Below, in pieces: positions 21,931-31,600 of a DNA stretch of 64,000 nt. The notes under the pieces are model-generated. The model had not been told where the DNA came from. It did no database searches and saw only the letters and a program-made list of their open reading frames with translations. Positions within the stretch are counted from its first letter, which is position 1; every line of letters begins with the position of its first letter. Source of the DNA: Longimicrobiales bacterium (GTDB taxonomy: Bacteria > Gemmatimonadota > Gemmatimonadetes > Longimicrobiales > Gaopeijiaceae); assembly GCA_965204735.1 (NCBI GenBank), contig OZ242008.1, positions 2,848,001 through 2,912,000 of the forward strand, in the 5' to 3' direction. Made by a program: the position numbers and the translations under genes.

Positions 21931-21983
21931 TCGTCTTCGGGAGCCGCCCCCCGGCGACCGAAGCGCGAGCGCCGCAGTCCCTC

Positions 21984-22358
21984 CTACTCCGCCTCGAACA
22001 CGGACGCCAGCAGGTCGCCGTTGTAGCCGACCACGATGACCGTGCCCGCCCTCAGCGCCGGCGCCCGGAGCTTGCCGGACCGCCCCAGCACCAACGCCAG
22101 GAGGTGGTCGTCGGGGGGCCGCCCCTCGCCCAAGTCGATCCGCACGGTCTTCCGTCCCTTGGCCACCCGAAGCTCGGTCGCGCCCTCCAGCAGGGCCAGG
22201 ACGGCGTCGCCCTCCACCGGTTCCTTCCCGGCGTGCCGGACGGTCTTGGCCTCGATCCCTTTCTTCGCAAGGAACTCTTGCGTGCGCTTGCAGCTCGTTC
22301 AGCCCGGACGGTGGTACCGCCACTCGAGGCTTCGGCTCGCCTTGGTCGTTCCGCTCAT
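21984..22358 (-). CDS. ArsC/Spx-like thioredoxin-fold selenoprotein (UxxC), 124 aa, in-frame TGA at 22299-22301
   Basis: Reading through TGA gives MSGTTKASRSLEWRYHRPG-U-TSCKRTQEFL...LGRSGKLRAPALRAG..IVVGYN; SECIS-like hairpin downstream. Confidence 0.85.
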
Positions 22359-22457
22359 CTCGGCCCTCGCTTCTTGCCGAGGCGCGTCGGGGCGCCTACC
22401 GTCGCAGATGCCCATTCCGCCGCCCACTCGTCACTCGGAGACAAGGTACTCGTTCCG

Positions 22458-23027
22458 ATGAGCCCGACAACCGCTTCCGCTTCTCGTCGCGCCACGCTCC
22501 CGGCCCTTCTCGCCGGCGCCCCCCTCCTTCTTGGCCTGCTGGCGTCGGCGTCGTGCGCCCCTGCCAACGGCGACGGCCCGCCCGCCGACGACGACTCGTC
22601 CTCCGCCGAAGCTGCCGGCGCCTCGGAGGCGACGGTCGGCCAAGCGCCTGCGCGTTCGTACGTCGGTCCCCGTTCCCCTGCCGACGGCGACGGCGTCCTG
22701 CCGTTCAGCGGCGCGGTCTGGGTCGGCAACACCCTCTACCTTTCGGGGCAGCTGGGGCTGGAGAACGGCCGCCCGCCCGAGACCGCCGAGGCAGAAGCAG
22801 TTCGGGTCATGGACAACGTGAAGAACCTGCTGGAGGAGGCCGGCCTGACGATGGACGATCTGGTCGTCGTCCAGGTGTTCGCGTCGGACGTGGGCGACTA
22901 CGCGGCGTTCAACGGCGTCTACCGGACGTACTTCACCAGCGAGTACCCGGCGCGGGCGTTCATCGGCGCGGGAACGCTGCTCTTCGATGCCCGCTTCGAG
23001 GTCCAGGGCATCGCAGCTCGGCGCTAG
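22458..23027 (+). CDS. RidA/Rid family protein with lipoprotein signal peptide
   Basis: LASASC lipobox; PFSGAV..GNTLYLSGQLG, FN.VY..YF...PAR, RFEVQGIA. Confidence 0.85.
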   Translation: MSPTTASASRRATLPALLAGAPLLLGLLASASCAPANGDGPPADDDSSSAEAAGASEATVGQAPARSYVGPRSPADGDGVLPFSGAVWVGNTLYLSGQLGLENGRPPETAEAEAVRVMDNVKNLLEEAGLTMDDLVVVQVFASDVGDYAAFNGVYRTYFTSEYPARAFIGAGTLLFDARFEVQGIAARR

Positions 23028-24240
23028 CCCAGGATCACTTTCCGGAGCGCCTTCACGCCCTCCACGGCCCGCTCGACGTGGGCGGTCGTGTTGTAGACGT
23101 GAGGGCACAGTCGCACGCCGCCCGTCGCGGCGCCCGCGATCCCGTGCTCCTCGTACAGACGGTTCACCGCCGTGCGGCGGTCCCCCGGCGCGTGGACGAC
23201 GCACACGCCTGCCGACAACCGAGGGGCCGTCGGCGTCACCAGCGTCATGCCAGCCTCCGTCAGTCCTTCCTTGAGCGCAGCAGCCAAGTGGGCAACCCGG
23301 GCGGCGACCGCCGACGGCGCGATGGCCGAATGGAAGCGGGCGGCGGTTCCGACGGCGGCCAGGCAGGCGTCGTCGCGCTGGCCCAGGGACTCGAACTTTC
23401 GGGCGCCGGCAACGTCCGGCTCGACGTCGGCGCCCCACCCCGGCGCCACGGCGGCGGGCCGGAGTACGAGTCGCACCCCGTCTTGCGCAGGCTCACGTCC
23501 AGGGCGCCCCACGTTTGTGCGCCGTCCACGTGGAAGTGGATGCCCCGGCGCCGGGTCTCCGCCGCCAGCTCGCGCACCGGCAGGCGGACTCCGCTGACGT
23601 TGGACACGTGGGTGACCGACAGCACTCGGGTGCGGTCCGACAACGCGGCCAGGAACGGGGCGGCCAGCTCGCCCGGGCCGGACGGCCGCGCCGGAACGGA
23701 CACGCGCCTGACCGAGAAGCCGAAGCGCGCAGCCCGCACGTCCCACGCCACGTTGTTCGTCGGGTGGTTCTGGTCCCAAAGGACGACCTCTTCGCCCGGC
23801 GAGAGGGGAATGCCCGCGGCGACAGTGTTGTTGGCCTCGCTCGTGTTGCGCACCAGCGCGACCTCGTCGGGGTCGACGCCCAGCTGCGCCGCGGCTTGGG
23901 CACGCGACTCCTCCAGCAGCGCACCGAACTTGGCCCGGTTGTTGAACGAGCAGTCCCGGTCGATGTCGCGGGTCAGCTCCTCCACCCTCGCCGCCACTGC
24001 GCGGGGCGACGGGCACAGGTTGGCCGCGTTCATCGGAACCCGCTCCTCCCGAAACGAGAAGCGAGCCCGCACCTGCTCCCAGTAGTACTCGTCGTCTGGG
24101 GCGGCCGGCGCCGAACGCGCCGAAGGAACTCGGCGGCGGCCCGAGTCCGCCCGACGCCCGGCCTGCGAGGCGGAGTGCGGGAGCGCCGCGGCGCCGGCGG
24201 CGATCCCCAAGAGGAACGAGCGGCGGGTGGGATCGGGCAT
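23024..24240 (-). pseudogene. Class V PLP aminotransferase (CefD/cysteine desulfurase-like) with Tat leader, frameshifted by an internal deletion
   Basis: N-half in ORF 23260..24240 (RRSFL, RNTSEAN, HPT, VDGAQ..G, GCDSYSG); C-half in ORF 23024..24256 (GQRD, GVRLCPHVYN); the SxHK lysine motif is absent. Confidence 0.8.
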
Positions 24241-24288
24241 GACGGCAACTCCTCATCGACGCGAGCGGGAGCCGCGGGAGAACGCGGC

Positions 24289-26147
24289 TGTCGTACCAAT
24301 TTAGAAATGTCCGGTCTTACCAAGATAGAAATGTCCTCTTTCGGGCGATGTTCGGCGGGAGTCGAACTCGTGCCCGGGAGAGGAGCGAATGGAGTTGAGC
24401 TTGAAGGAGCGGGACCGGATCTCGGTGTTGAGGCAGGTGAGCGAAGGCGTGCTGGCGGCGGCCGACGGCGCGGCGCGCTTCGGGGTGACGGAGCGTCACT
24501 TCCGGCGCGTGCGCCGCCGGTTCGAGGCGGCGGGCGACGAGGTGGTCGTGCACGGGCTCCGGGGTCGGAGGTCGAACCGGTCGCTGCCGTCGGAGACGCG
24601 GGAGCAGGTGCTGGTCATGGCCAGGGACCCCGACTACGCCGACTTCGGCGCCACGTTTCTGGCGGAGCATGTCGAGCGGGAGCTGGGCGTGCGCGTCAGC
24701 GCGGAGACGCTGCGGGCATGGCGGAAGGGCGCGGGCTTGTGGCAGCGCAAGCGCAAGCGGGCGAAGCACCGGCGCCGACGTCCGCGTCGCGCCGCGCGGG
24801 GCGAGCTGCTCCAGTGGGACAGCTCGGTTCACGCCTGGCTTGAAGACCGGGGGCCGCCCGACCTCGTGCTGATCGCGCTGCACGACGACGCGACGAGCGG
24901 GTTCATGCACGGTCGCTTCGTCGAGCGCGACACGGGCGCCGCGAATCGGCGAGCGATCGTCGAGTGCCTCGAACGCCACGGACGGCCGAGGGCGGTGTAC
25001 GTGGACCACGCGGGCCACTTCGGGCAGCGCCTCGGCCCGGAGGGCAAGCGGACCCGGACGATCATCGGCACGGCGCTGGAGAAGCTGGGCGTCGAGGTGG
25101 TCCTGGCGAACTCGCCGCAGGCGAAGGGCCGGGTCGAGCGGACGTTCGGCACGGCGCAGGACCGGCTGGTCAAAGAGATGCGCTTGGCGCGAGTCACCAC
25201 GCTCGAGGCGGCGAACCGCTACTTGGAGGAGCGGTGGGTTCCGTTCTGGAACGAACGCTTCACGGTGGCGCCGGCCGATCCCCTCGACGCCCATCGCCCG
25301 CTGCCTCAGGACATCGATCTGGAAGCCCTCTTCGCCGAGACGGACACGCGGGTCGTGGCCCGCGACTTCACCGTGCGCTTCGAGAACCGCTTCTGGCAGG
25401 TCACGGCCCGCGACGCCGAGGCGGCCGGCGTCGCGCCGGGCTCCCCCGTCGTCGTCGAACGGCGTCTCTCGGGCGAGCTGCGCTTCCGGCATCGCGGCTG
25501 CTACCTGACGCCCAAGGCCTTGGGGGCGGTCCGGTCGGCGACGCCCAAGCCGGCGCCGGCGCCCGCGACGGCCAAGCCCAGGCCCAAGCCGCCGAAGCCG
25601 GGAAGGGATCACCCGTGGCGCAAGCACTTCAGCGCCAGCGTGGCCCAGGCCGTGGCCAAGCGGGAACACCGCGCCGCCCACTCCAACGGGACCGGTCCCG
25701 AGCGGTGCAGGACCTCGTCCTGAGCCTGCAGGCGGGGACGGCAGCTCGCACTCCCCTTCCCGCAAAGGTCGGACGCGACCGCAGTGTCGGCATCCGTGCC
25801 TCCGAGGCTTGCCGGCGCTGCGCAGGTCGCTCGGCGCACCACGACCGTCCGAGCTGGCAGGCTCAGTGCGAACTGCGAGCCATCGGGGCAGCAGTGTCCG
25901 GACCCGTCCGCGTTGGCGTCCACCCGGCCAGAGCTTGGCCACGGCGACGACCTCGACTCGCCCGGCCGCCACTGGCCTTGAAGCGCCTGGAACAGGGCGC
26001 CCGGCGCCGTCCAGCCCAGGCTTGCTGGATCCGCGTGTCCTGCGCCCGACACCTGGCCCCCGGCCTCAGGAAGAACCCACCGTCCACACCATCAGGGGGG
26101 ACATTTCTACTTTGGCCAACTACCGGACATTCTACTTTGGCTTGACA
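24289..26147 (+). mobile_element. Complete insertion sequence, IS1202/ISNCY type, 1859 bp, with 16-bp target duplication
   Basis: TGT...ACA ends; TAGAAATGTCC twice at left (24302, 24326) mirrored by GGACATTTCTA/GGACATTCTA at right (26099, 26125); DR CGCGGGAGAACGCGGC at 24273-24288 and 26148-26163. Confidence 0.92.
24389..25723 (+). CDS. DDE transposase (ISNCY/IS1202 family)
   Basis: HTH, HGLRGRRSN, GELLQWDSS.H.W, DDAT, YVD, SPQAKGRVER.F.T.QDRL, DHPWR. Confidence 0.92.
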   Translation: MELSLKERDRISVLRQVSEGVLAAADGAARFGVTERHFRRVRRRFEAAGDEVVVHGLRGRRSNRSLPSETREQVLVMARDPDYADFGATFLAEHVERELGVRVSAETLRAWRKGAGLWQRKRKRAKHRRRRPRRAARGELLQWDSSVHAWLEDRGPPDLVLIALHDDATSGFMHGRFVERDTGAANRRAIVECLERHGRPRAVYVDHAGHFGQRLGPEGKRTRTIIGTALEKLGVEVVLANSPQAKGRVERTFGTAQDRLVKEMRLARVTTLEAANRYLEERWVPFWNERFTVAPADPLDAHRPLPQDIDLEALFAETDTRVVARDFTVRFENRFWQVTARDAEAAGVAPGSPVVVERRLSGELRFRHRGCYLTPKALGAVRSATPKPAPAPATAKPRPKPPKPGRDHPWRKHFSASVAQAVAKREHRAAHSNGTGPERCRTSS

Positions 26148-26264
26148 CGCGGGAGAACGCGGCCCTTCCGTGAGTTTTCCGGCCGGCTTATCTTGCCGAC
26201 GCGCATGGCAGGCCGGCAAGCCGCGGCCCGCAGCCCGACGCGTCTTCGAGAACCGCCAGCCTTT

Positions 26265-26352
26265 GGCGCCGACCCCTTCGCCCTGGAGCCGACGCCTTTC
26301 GCCCGGAGCCGGTTCCTTTTAGCCCGGACCCGACCCCTTCGCACGGGAGCCC
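26265..26352 (+). repeat. Degenerate ~20-bp tandem repeat (~4 units) upstream of the aminotransferase
   Basis: Units resembling GGAGCCGACCCCTTCGCCC at 26265, 26285, 26305, 26326. Confidence 0.55.
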
Positions 26353-26356
26353 CTCG

Positions 26357-27685
26357 ATGCCGCTCTTCGCCAACCGCATGGGCTTGCTGGGAACCGAGAA
26401 CGCCTTCAAGCTGGGCGACGACATTCAGCGTTGCGTGGACAAGGGGATGGAGGTCGTGCGCTTCAATCTGGGCGCGCCGGACTTTCGTTCCGCACCGCAC
26501 TTGAACTTGGTCGCCAACCAGGCCTTGAACGCTGGCCGGTCCGGCTACTGCGACCCGGCCGGCATCTTGCCGTTCCGCGAAGCGGTCGCGCGCCACGTGC
26601 GGCGGACGCGCGGCATCGACGCCACGCCGGACCGCGTGGTCGCGACCCCCGGCGCCAAGCCTCCGATCGGCTACACCTTCATGACGTACGTAAACCCCGG
26701 CGACGAGGTCGTGTACCCGACGCCGGGGTTCCCCATCTACGAGTCCTGGGCGCGCTTCACGCGGGCGGTTCCGGTCCCCCTTCGCCTGACGGACGACAAG
26801 GAGTTCGCCTTCACCGCCGACGACTTGGCGCCTCTGCTTGGCAAGCGGACCAAGCTGGTGATCTTGTGCTCGCCTTCCAACCCTACGGGCGGCGTGCTCT
26901 CGGAGGACGACCTGGAAGGCATCGCCGCGGTGATCCTCGAGCGTTGCGGGCCGGACGTCCGCGTCTACTCCGACGAAATCTACGAGCAGATCCTCTTCGA
27001 TGGGCTGGCGCATCGGAGCATCGCGTCCCACTTGGACATGGAGACGCGCACGGTGATCGCAAGTGGCCACTCCAAGGGCTTTGCCATGACTGGATGGCGG
27101 CTCGGCTGGGCGTTGCTGCCGACCGCGGACGAGGCGGACCGCTTCAAGCAGATCAACATCAACATCGTGTCGTGCGTGCCTCCCTTCTTGCAGGAGGCGG
27201 GGGCGGCCGCCTACGAGGACCCTGCGTCGGCGCAGGAAGTGGGCAAGATGGTGCGCGCGTTCGAGGAGCGGCGGAACTGGATCGTGCCAGCGCTGAACAG
27301 AGTGCCAGGCGTTCGATGCAACATGCCCAAGGGCGCGTTCTACGTCTTCCCCAACGTCGAGGAGCTGTGCAGGCGACTGGGCGTGGGCGAAGCCGTTGAA
27401 GCGCTGCCTCCGGCCGCCAGGGCTCGCGCGACTCCGGCAGGGATGCTCCAGATGTTCCTCTTGTACAGGTACGGAGTTGCGACGATGGATCGGGCGTCGT
27501 TCGGCGAGATCGGCGCCGAGGGGCAGGAGTTCCTGCGCTTGTCGATCGCCAACAGCATGGACGACATCCGGCGCGGAGTCGCGCGCATCGCCGATGCGGC
27601 GGAGGACGCTGCAGGCTTCGCGGCCTTTGCCGCCAGCGCCGAAGCTCCGTGGAACCGGGGCTCCAGATCTGCGGGGTCGGCGTGA
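26357..27685 (+). CDS. Class I/II PLP-dependent aminotransferase (aspartate aminotransferase-like)
   Basis: TPGAK, SPSNPTG, SDEIY, SKGFAMTGWRLG, PKGAFYVFPN. Confidence 0.92.
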   Translation: MPLFANRMGLLGTENAFKLGDDIQRCVDKGMEVVRFNLGAPDFRSAPHLNLVANQALNAGRSGYCDPAGILPFREAVARHVRRTRGIDATPDRVVATPGAKPPIGYTFMTYVNPGDEVVYPTPGFPIYESWARFTRAVPVPLRLTDDKEFAFTADDLAPLLGKRTKLVILCSPSNPTGGVLSEDDLEGIAAVILERCGPDVRVYSDEIYEQILFDGLAHRSIASHLDMETRTVIASGHSKGFAMTGWRLGWALLPTADEADRFKQININIVSCVPPFLQEAGAAAYEDPASAQEVGKMVRAFEERRNWIVPALNRVPGVRCNMPKGAFYVFPNVEELCRRLGVGEAVEALPPAARARATPAGMLQMFLLYRYGVATMDRASFGEIGAEGQEFLRLSIANSMDDIRRGVARIADAAEDAAGFAAFAASAEAPWNRGSRSAGSA

Positions 27686-27698
27686 CGCCCGCCGCCGG

Positions 27699-28472
27699 CT
27701 ACTCTCCGCTGATGCTGATCTCGAAGAGCTTGGGCCACAACTTGCCGGTCACGTAGAACATCTTGGTAGACGGGTCGTAGGCGATTCCGTTCAAGACGGC
27801 GCCCGGGTCGGACGGCCGGTCGCTGACCAGCGACAAACCGTGGACATCGAGTCTGCCCGTGACCTCGCCCGTTTGCTTGTCGATGCGCAGGATCCCGTTG
27901 GTCGTGTACTGGTTCGCCCACAGCCCGTCCTCGACGCATTCAAGCTCGTTCAGGTTGTGCACCGAGAAGCCGTCTCGGGTGACTCGAAGCTCTTCCAGTA
28001 CCTCGAAGGTCTCGGGGTGCCGGCGGATCAGAGCGCTCGTGCCGTTGGTCATGTACAGGAACTGTCCGTCGTAGCACAACCCCCAGCCTTCTCCACTGTA
28101 CTCGAAGGTGTTCTCCAAAGAGAAGGTCTCGGCGTCGTACACGAACGCCAAGCCCGCCTTCCACGTGAGCTGCACAAGCTTGTCGCCGACCATGGCGAGC
28201 CCCTCGCCGAAGAGCGTGTCTGCCAGCTCGCGGCTTCGAAGGACCTCGCCAGTGGCGATCTCCACCTCTCGCAGCTCGGACTTGCCCAGGAGTCCCGTGC
28301 TTTCGAAGAAAGACCCGCCGCGAAGCAGCAGTCCTTGCGTGTAGGCGTCCGGGTCGTGGGGCAGCGTCCGGTGCAGCTCGTAGCCGAGTTCCGCAACGGG
28401 GTCGACGTCGACGCAGGCCCCGGCGACCAGGACGGCCAGGATCGACGGCTTGAAGGTCTTGGGTATCGTCAA
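27699..28472 (-). CDS. Glutaminyl-peptide cyclotransferase (type I QC), lipoprotein
   Basis: PHDP.AYTQGL, ESTG, FGEG, LTW, EGWGL, NELE, WAN, VLNGIA, TGK.WP; AGAC lipobox; start uncertain (28472 or 28526). Confidence 0.9.
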   Translation of the reverse strand: MTIPKTFKPSILAVLVAGACVDVDPVAELGYELHRTLPHDPDAYTQGLLLRGGSFFESTGLLGKSELREVEIATGEVLRSRELADTLFGEGLAMVGDKLVQLTWKAGLAFVYDAETFSLENTFEYSGEGWGLCYDGQFLYMTNGTSALIRRHPETFEVLEELRVTRDGFSVHNLNELECVEDGLWANQYTTNGILRIDKQTGEVTGRLDVHGLSLVSDRPSDPGAVLNGIAYDPSTKMFYVTGKLWPKLFEISISGE

Positions 28473-28695
28473 CTTCGCCAGCCTTTCACGGTATTCGGTT
28501 GCAAGCGGCGGCCGACGCTGAAGCATCGGCCCGACGGAGCCGTCGTCGCCGGGGTCGGCTCCCCGGGCACGCGATCGGAAGCGCGAGCGGGGGCTCGTCG
28601 CGGCCGAGTGGAAAGTACCGGATCCGCCGATCGATTCCAAGGAAGCGGGAGTTGTCAGCTGCCGTTCTCGTCTGTCCGGCATCCGCGGCAGCGGG

Positions 28696-31600
28696 TCACC
28701 TGAACCGCAAGGCGCCCTGCAGGCCCAGTCGGCGGTCCGCGGGCTCGGCGCCGCCCGAGACCTCCTCGCCGAAGAGGTTGAGCGTCGCCGCTTCCAGCAC
28801 CGACAGCCGGACCCCCACGTTCAGCCGACGCCCCGAACCGCCCTCGACCGCCCAGCGCCCGAACGGCGCCATTCGCCCGCCGTCCGCCAGCACGATCGCG
28901 TAGTCCACCTCCATGTGGAGCCGGCTGGCGCTCGCGCGCTCGCTCGCAAGCGGCACGCCCCCCGCCTGCGCCGGCGACAGGGAACCGCCCAGCGGCACGC
29001 CGGGCGCGCCCGCTGCCGCTCCCTCCCGCCAGAGCGTCGCCACGCCGCTCGCCGCATTGCCCCAGCTCGGCTCGAGGGTGAACGACAACCCGCCCGCCTC
29101 GCCACTCGGCCGCAGACGCACCGCGACGCTTGCGCCCCACTCCCGGAACGACGACGCCTGATGCGCCACCAGCGCCCGGCCCCGCGCGTCCACGCTCAGC
29201 CCGATGCCCTCGTGCACGTAGCCGATCCCCGCGCCCGCCTCCGCGCCCGCGCCCGTCTCCGCGTCGCCACCGTCGAAGCGCGCGCCCACCTCCACCTGCG
29301 AAGCAATCGACGACCCGCCCGACAGCCCCCAGCGCCCCACGACCTCGGACGCCACGCGCAACCGGCGCACGTTCGCCACGACGCCCGCCAACCCCTCCGC
29401 CTCGTCGGCATCGGTGCGCACCTCGAAAGCGTCCGCCTTCACGGCCAGCACGCCCGTCAGCCGCTGGCGCACGCCCGCCGCCGTCATCGCCATCCCCATG
29501 CCCGTCTCGTACCGGCGGCGCGTCGCGTCCTCCGACAGCGCCGCCGTCCCCCGGCCCGCACCGACCAGCCCCCACACGCTCAACCCCGCGCGCGGCGACC
29601 ACTGCGCGTACGGGTACAAGCTCGTCAGGCGCGCGTCCACCGTGCCCGTGCCGTTGATCCCGCTCTCGAAGCCGATCAAGCTCGTCGTTCGCGACAGCGC
29701 CAAGCCCACCAGCGGCCCCGCCCCGAACCGGTAGTCGGCGCCCAGGTACGCCGAGCGCACCGTGCCGTCCAGCGCAAGGTCGTCTTCGGGCCGGCCCTCG
29801 AAGCCGCCGGCGCTGGCTCGGCCCCAGAACGTCCACCCGCCGGGCGCCGCCTGCGCGCCGCCGGCGGCGCCTGCGCCCGGCGAGAACCGGAACGACGACC
29901 GCGTGAGCAGCTCGTCGCGCGTCACGGGGTCCATGGCGACCAGCCGACCCCAGCGGGGACGGTCGCCGCGCCCGCCCGTGGCGCCGAGGCCCGAGGCCCG
30001 GCCGCCCGTGGCGCCGAAGCCGCCCTGTCCGCCCAAGCTACCCGTAGTGCCCAAGCCGCCCTGTGCGCCGAAGCTGCCGGCGGCGCCGATCTGGGCCGAT
30101 CGTCCGAAGGCGTCCGCCAGCCCGCGCAGTGCGCCCGCGTCGTGGCCTCCCTTCGCAGCCGCCCGCAGCGCCGACGCGAGGCTGCCCGCTCCGTGCGACG
30201 GCCGCACGCCGAGCAGCCCGGCGGCCTGCCTGGCCAGCTCCTGCAGGTCGCAGCGCTCCGCGGCGCCGACGCACGAAAGCGACCGGCCGCCGACTTGAAG
30301 ATGCGCCGCGCCCATCGCGCCCATTGCAGTGGGATCGTCCGCCGCGCCCAGCCGTCCGCCGATCGCTTCCACCGTCTCCGTGCCCACGCTCCGACCGAAG
30401 GCGGCCAGCGAGCGCTTCAGGATGCGGGCGCGGTCCGCACGCGACGCCTCGACCGTCACCAAGAAGCTCTGCTCGGCTTCCGCCCCCTCGGGGTCGACCG
30501 CCCTCACCGTCACGGTGGACTGGCCCACCGCCGCCGCATGGATCGTCAAGACGCCGCCTTCCTCGTCCACTCGCACCGACCGCGGCGTCGCCGAAGCCGC
30601 GAAGTACCGGAGCTCGTCGCCGTCGGGATCGCGGAAGTGCGCCGACAAGTCGACGACGGCCGGCGGACTCGCCACCTCCATCGTCTTCGGCGCGATCTCC
30701 GACACCACTTCCGGCGCTCGATTCTCCTCCGCCGCGACGTCGCCGGCCGCTCGGCTCCCGTCCACCTTGTGCGCCGCGCTCGTCGGCACCGAGTCGTGCG
30801 TCAGAACGGCCGCCGCCGTGTCGCCCGGCGCCGTGAGCGTGCTGCCGTTCAGCTCCAATGCGTTCGCCGCGATGCTCAGCCCGTCCGCGTCCCGGTCGCC
30901 CGCCTGCACCACGTACGTGAAGCCGTAGCTTGGCCGCGCGCCCGGAGCGCCGAGGTACGTCGCGTGCCGCGTCGAGTCCCCCACCTGCAACGCGATCCGC
31001 GGCCGCCCGCCGACCGTGTCCACCGAAGCACTTCGGTCGAAGTCCACCACCACCACAACTTGCTCGCCGCGCAGGTACGTGTCGCCGCTCGCCGGGGCGT
31101 TCAACCACACCCAGCGCACATGTGGAGCGCCCGTCCGACCGCCGTCCACCTTGAAGGCCGAGTCCGCCGCCACCGGCGCGTGCGACAGGTCCGCCGACAC
31201 CGTGTCGTCCGGCGCCGTGATCGAACCGCCGTTCAGCTCCAATGCGTCGGCCGCGACGCTCAGCCCGTCGGCGTCCCGGTCGCTCGCCTGCACCACGTAC
31301 TTGAACACCTGTCGCGCCGGCGTATTCGTGAACTGATGCGAGTAGGTCGCGTGCCGCGTCGAGTCCCCGATCTCGAGGGCGATCCGCGGCCGGCCTCCCG
31401 TCGTGTCCACGGCAACGGCTCGGTCGAAGTGCACGCTCGCGTAGAGCACTTCGCCCCGCGTGTACGTGCTGTCCCGCGACGGAGGCGGACCGACGGCCAA
31501 CCACTGCACCTTCGCGGCTCTCGCTCGGCTCCCGTCCACCTTGTGCGCCGCGCTCGTCGGCACCGAGTCGTGCGTCAGAACGGCCGCCGCCGTGTCGCCC

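Noticed and set aside
26142..26172. IS-created hybrid promoter from the outward TTGACA at the right end
   Set aside because: No -10-like hexamer 16-18 bp downstream
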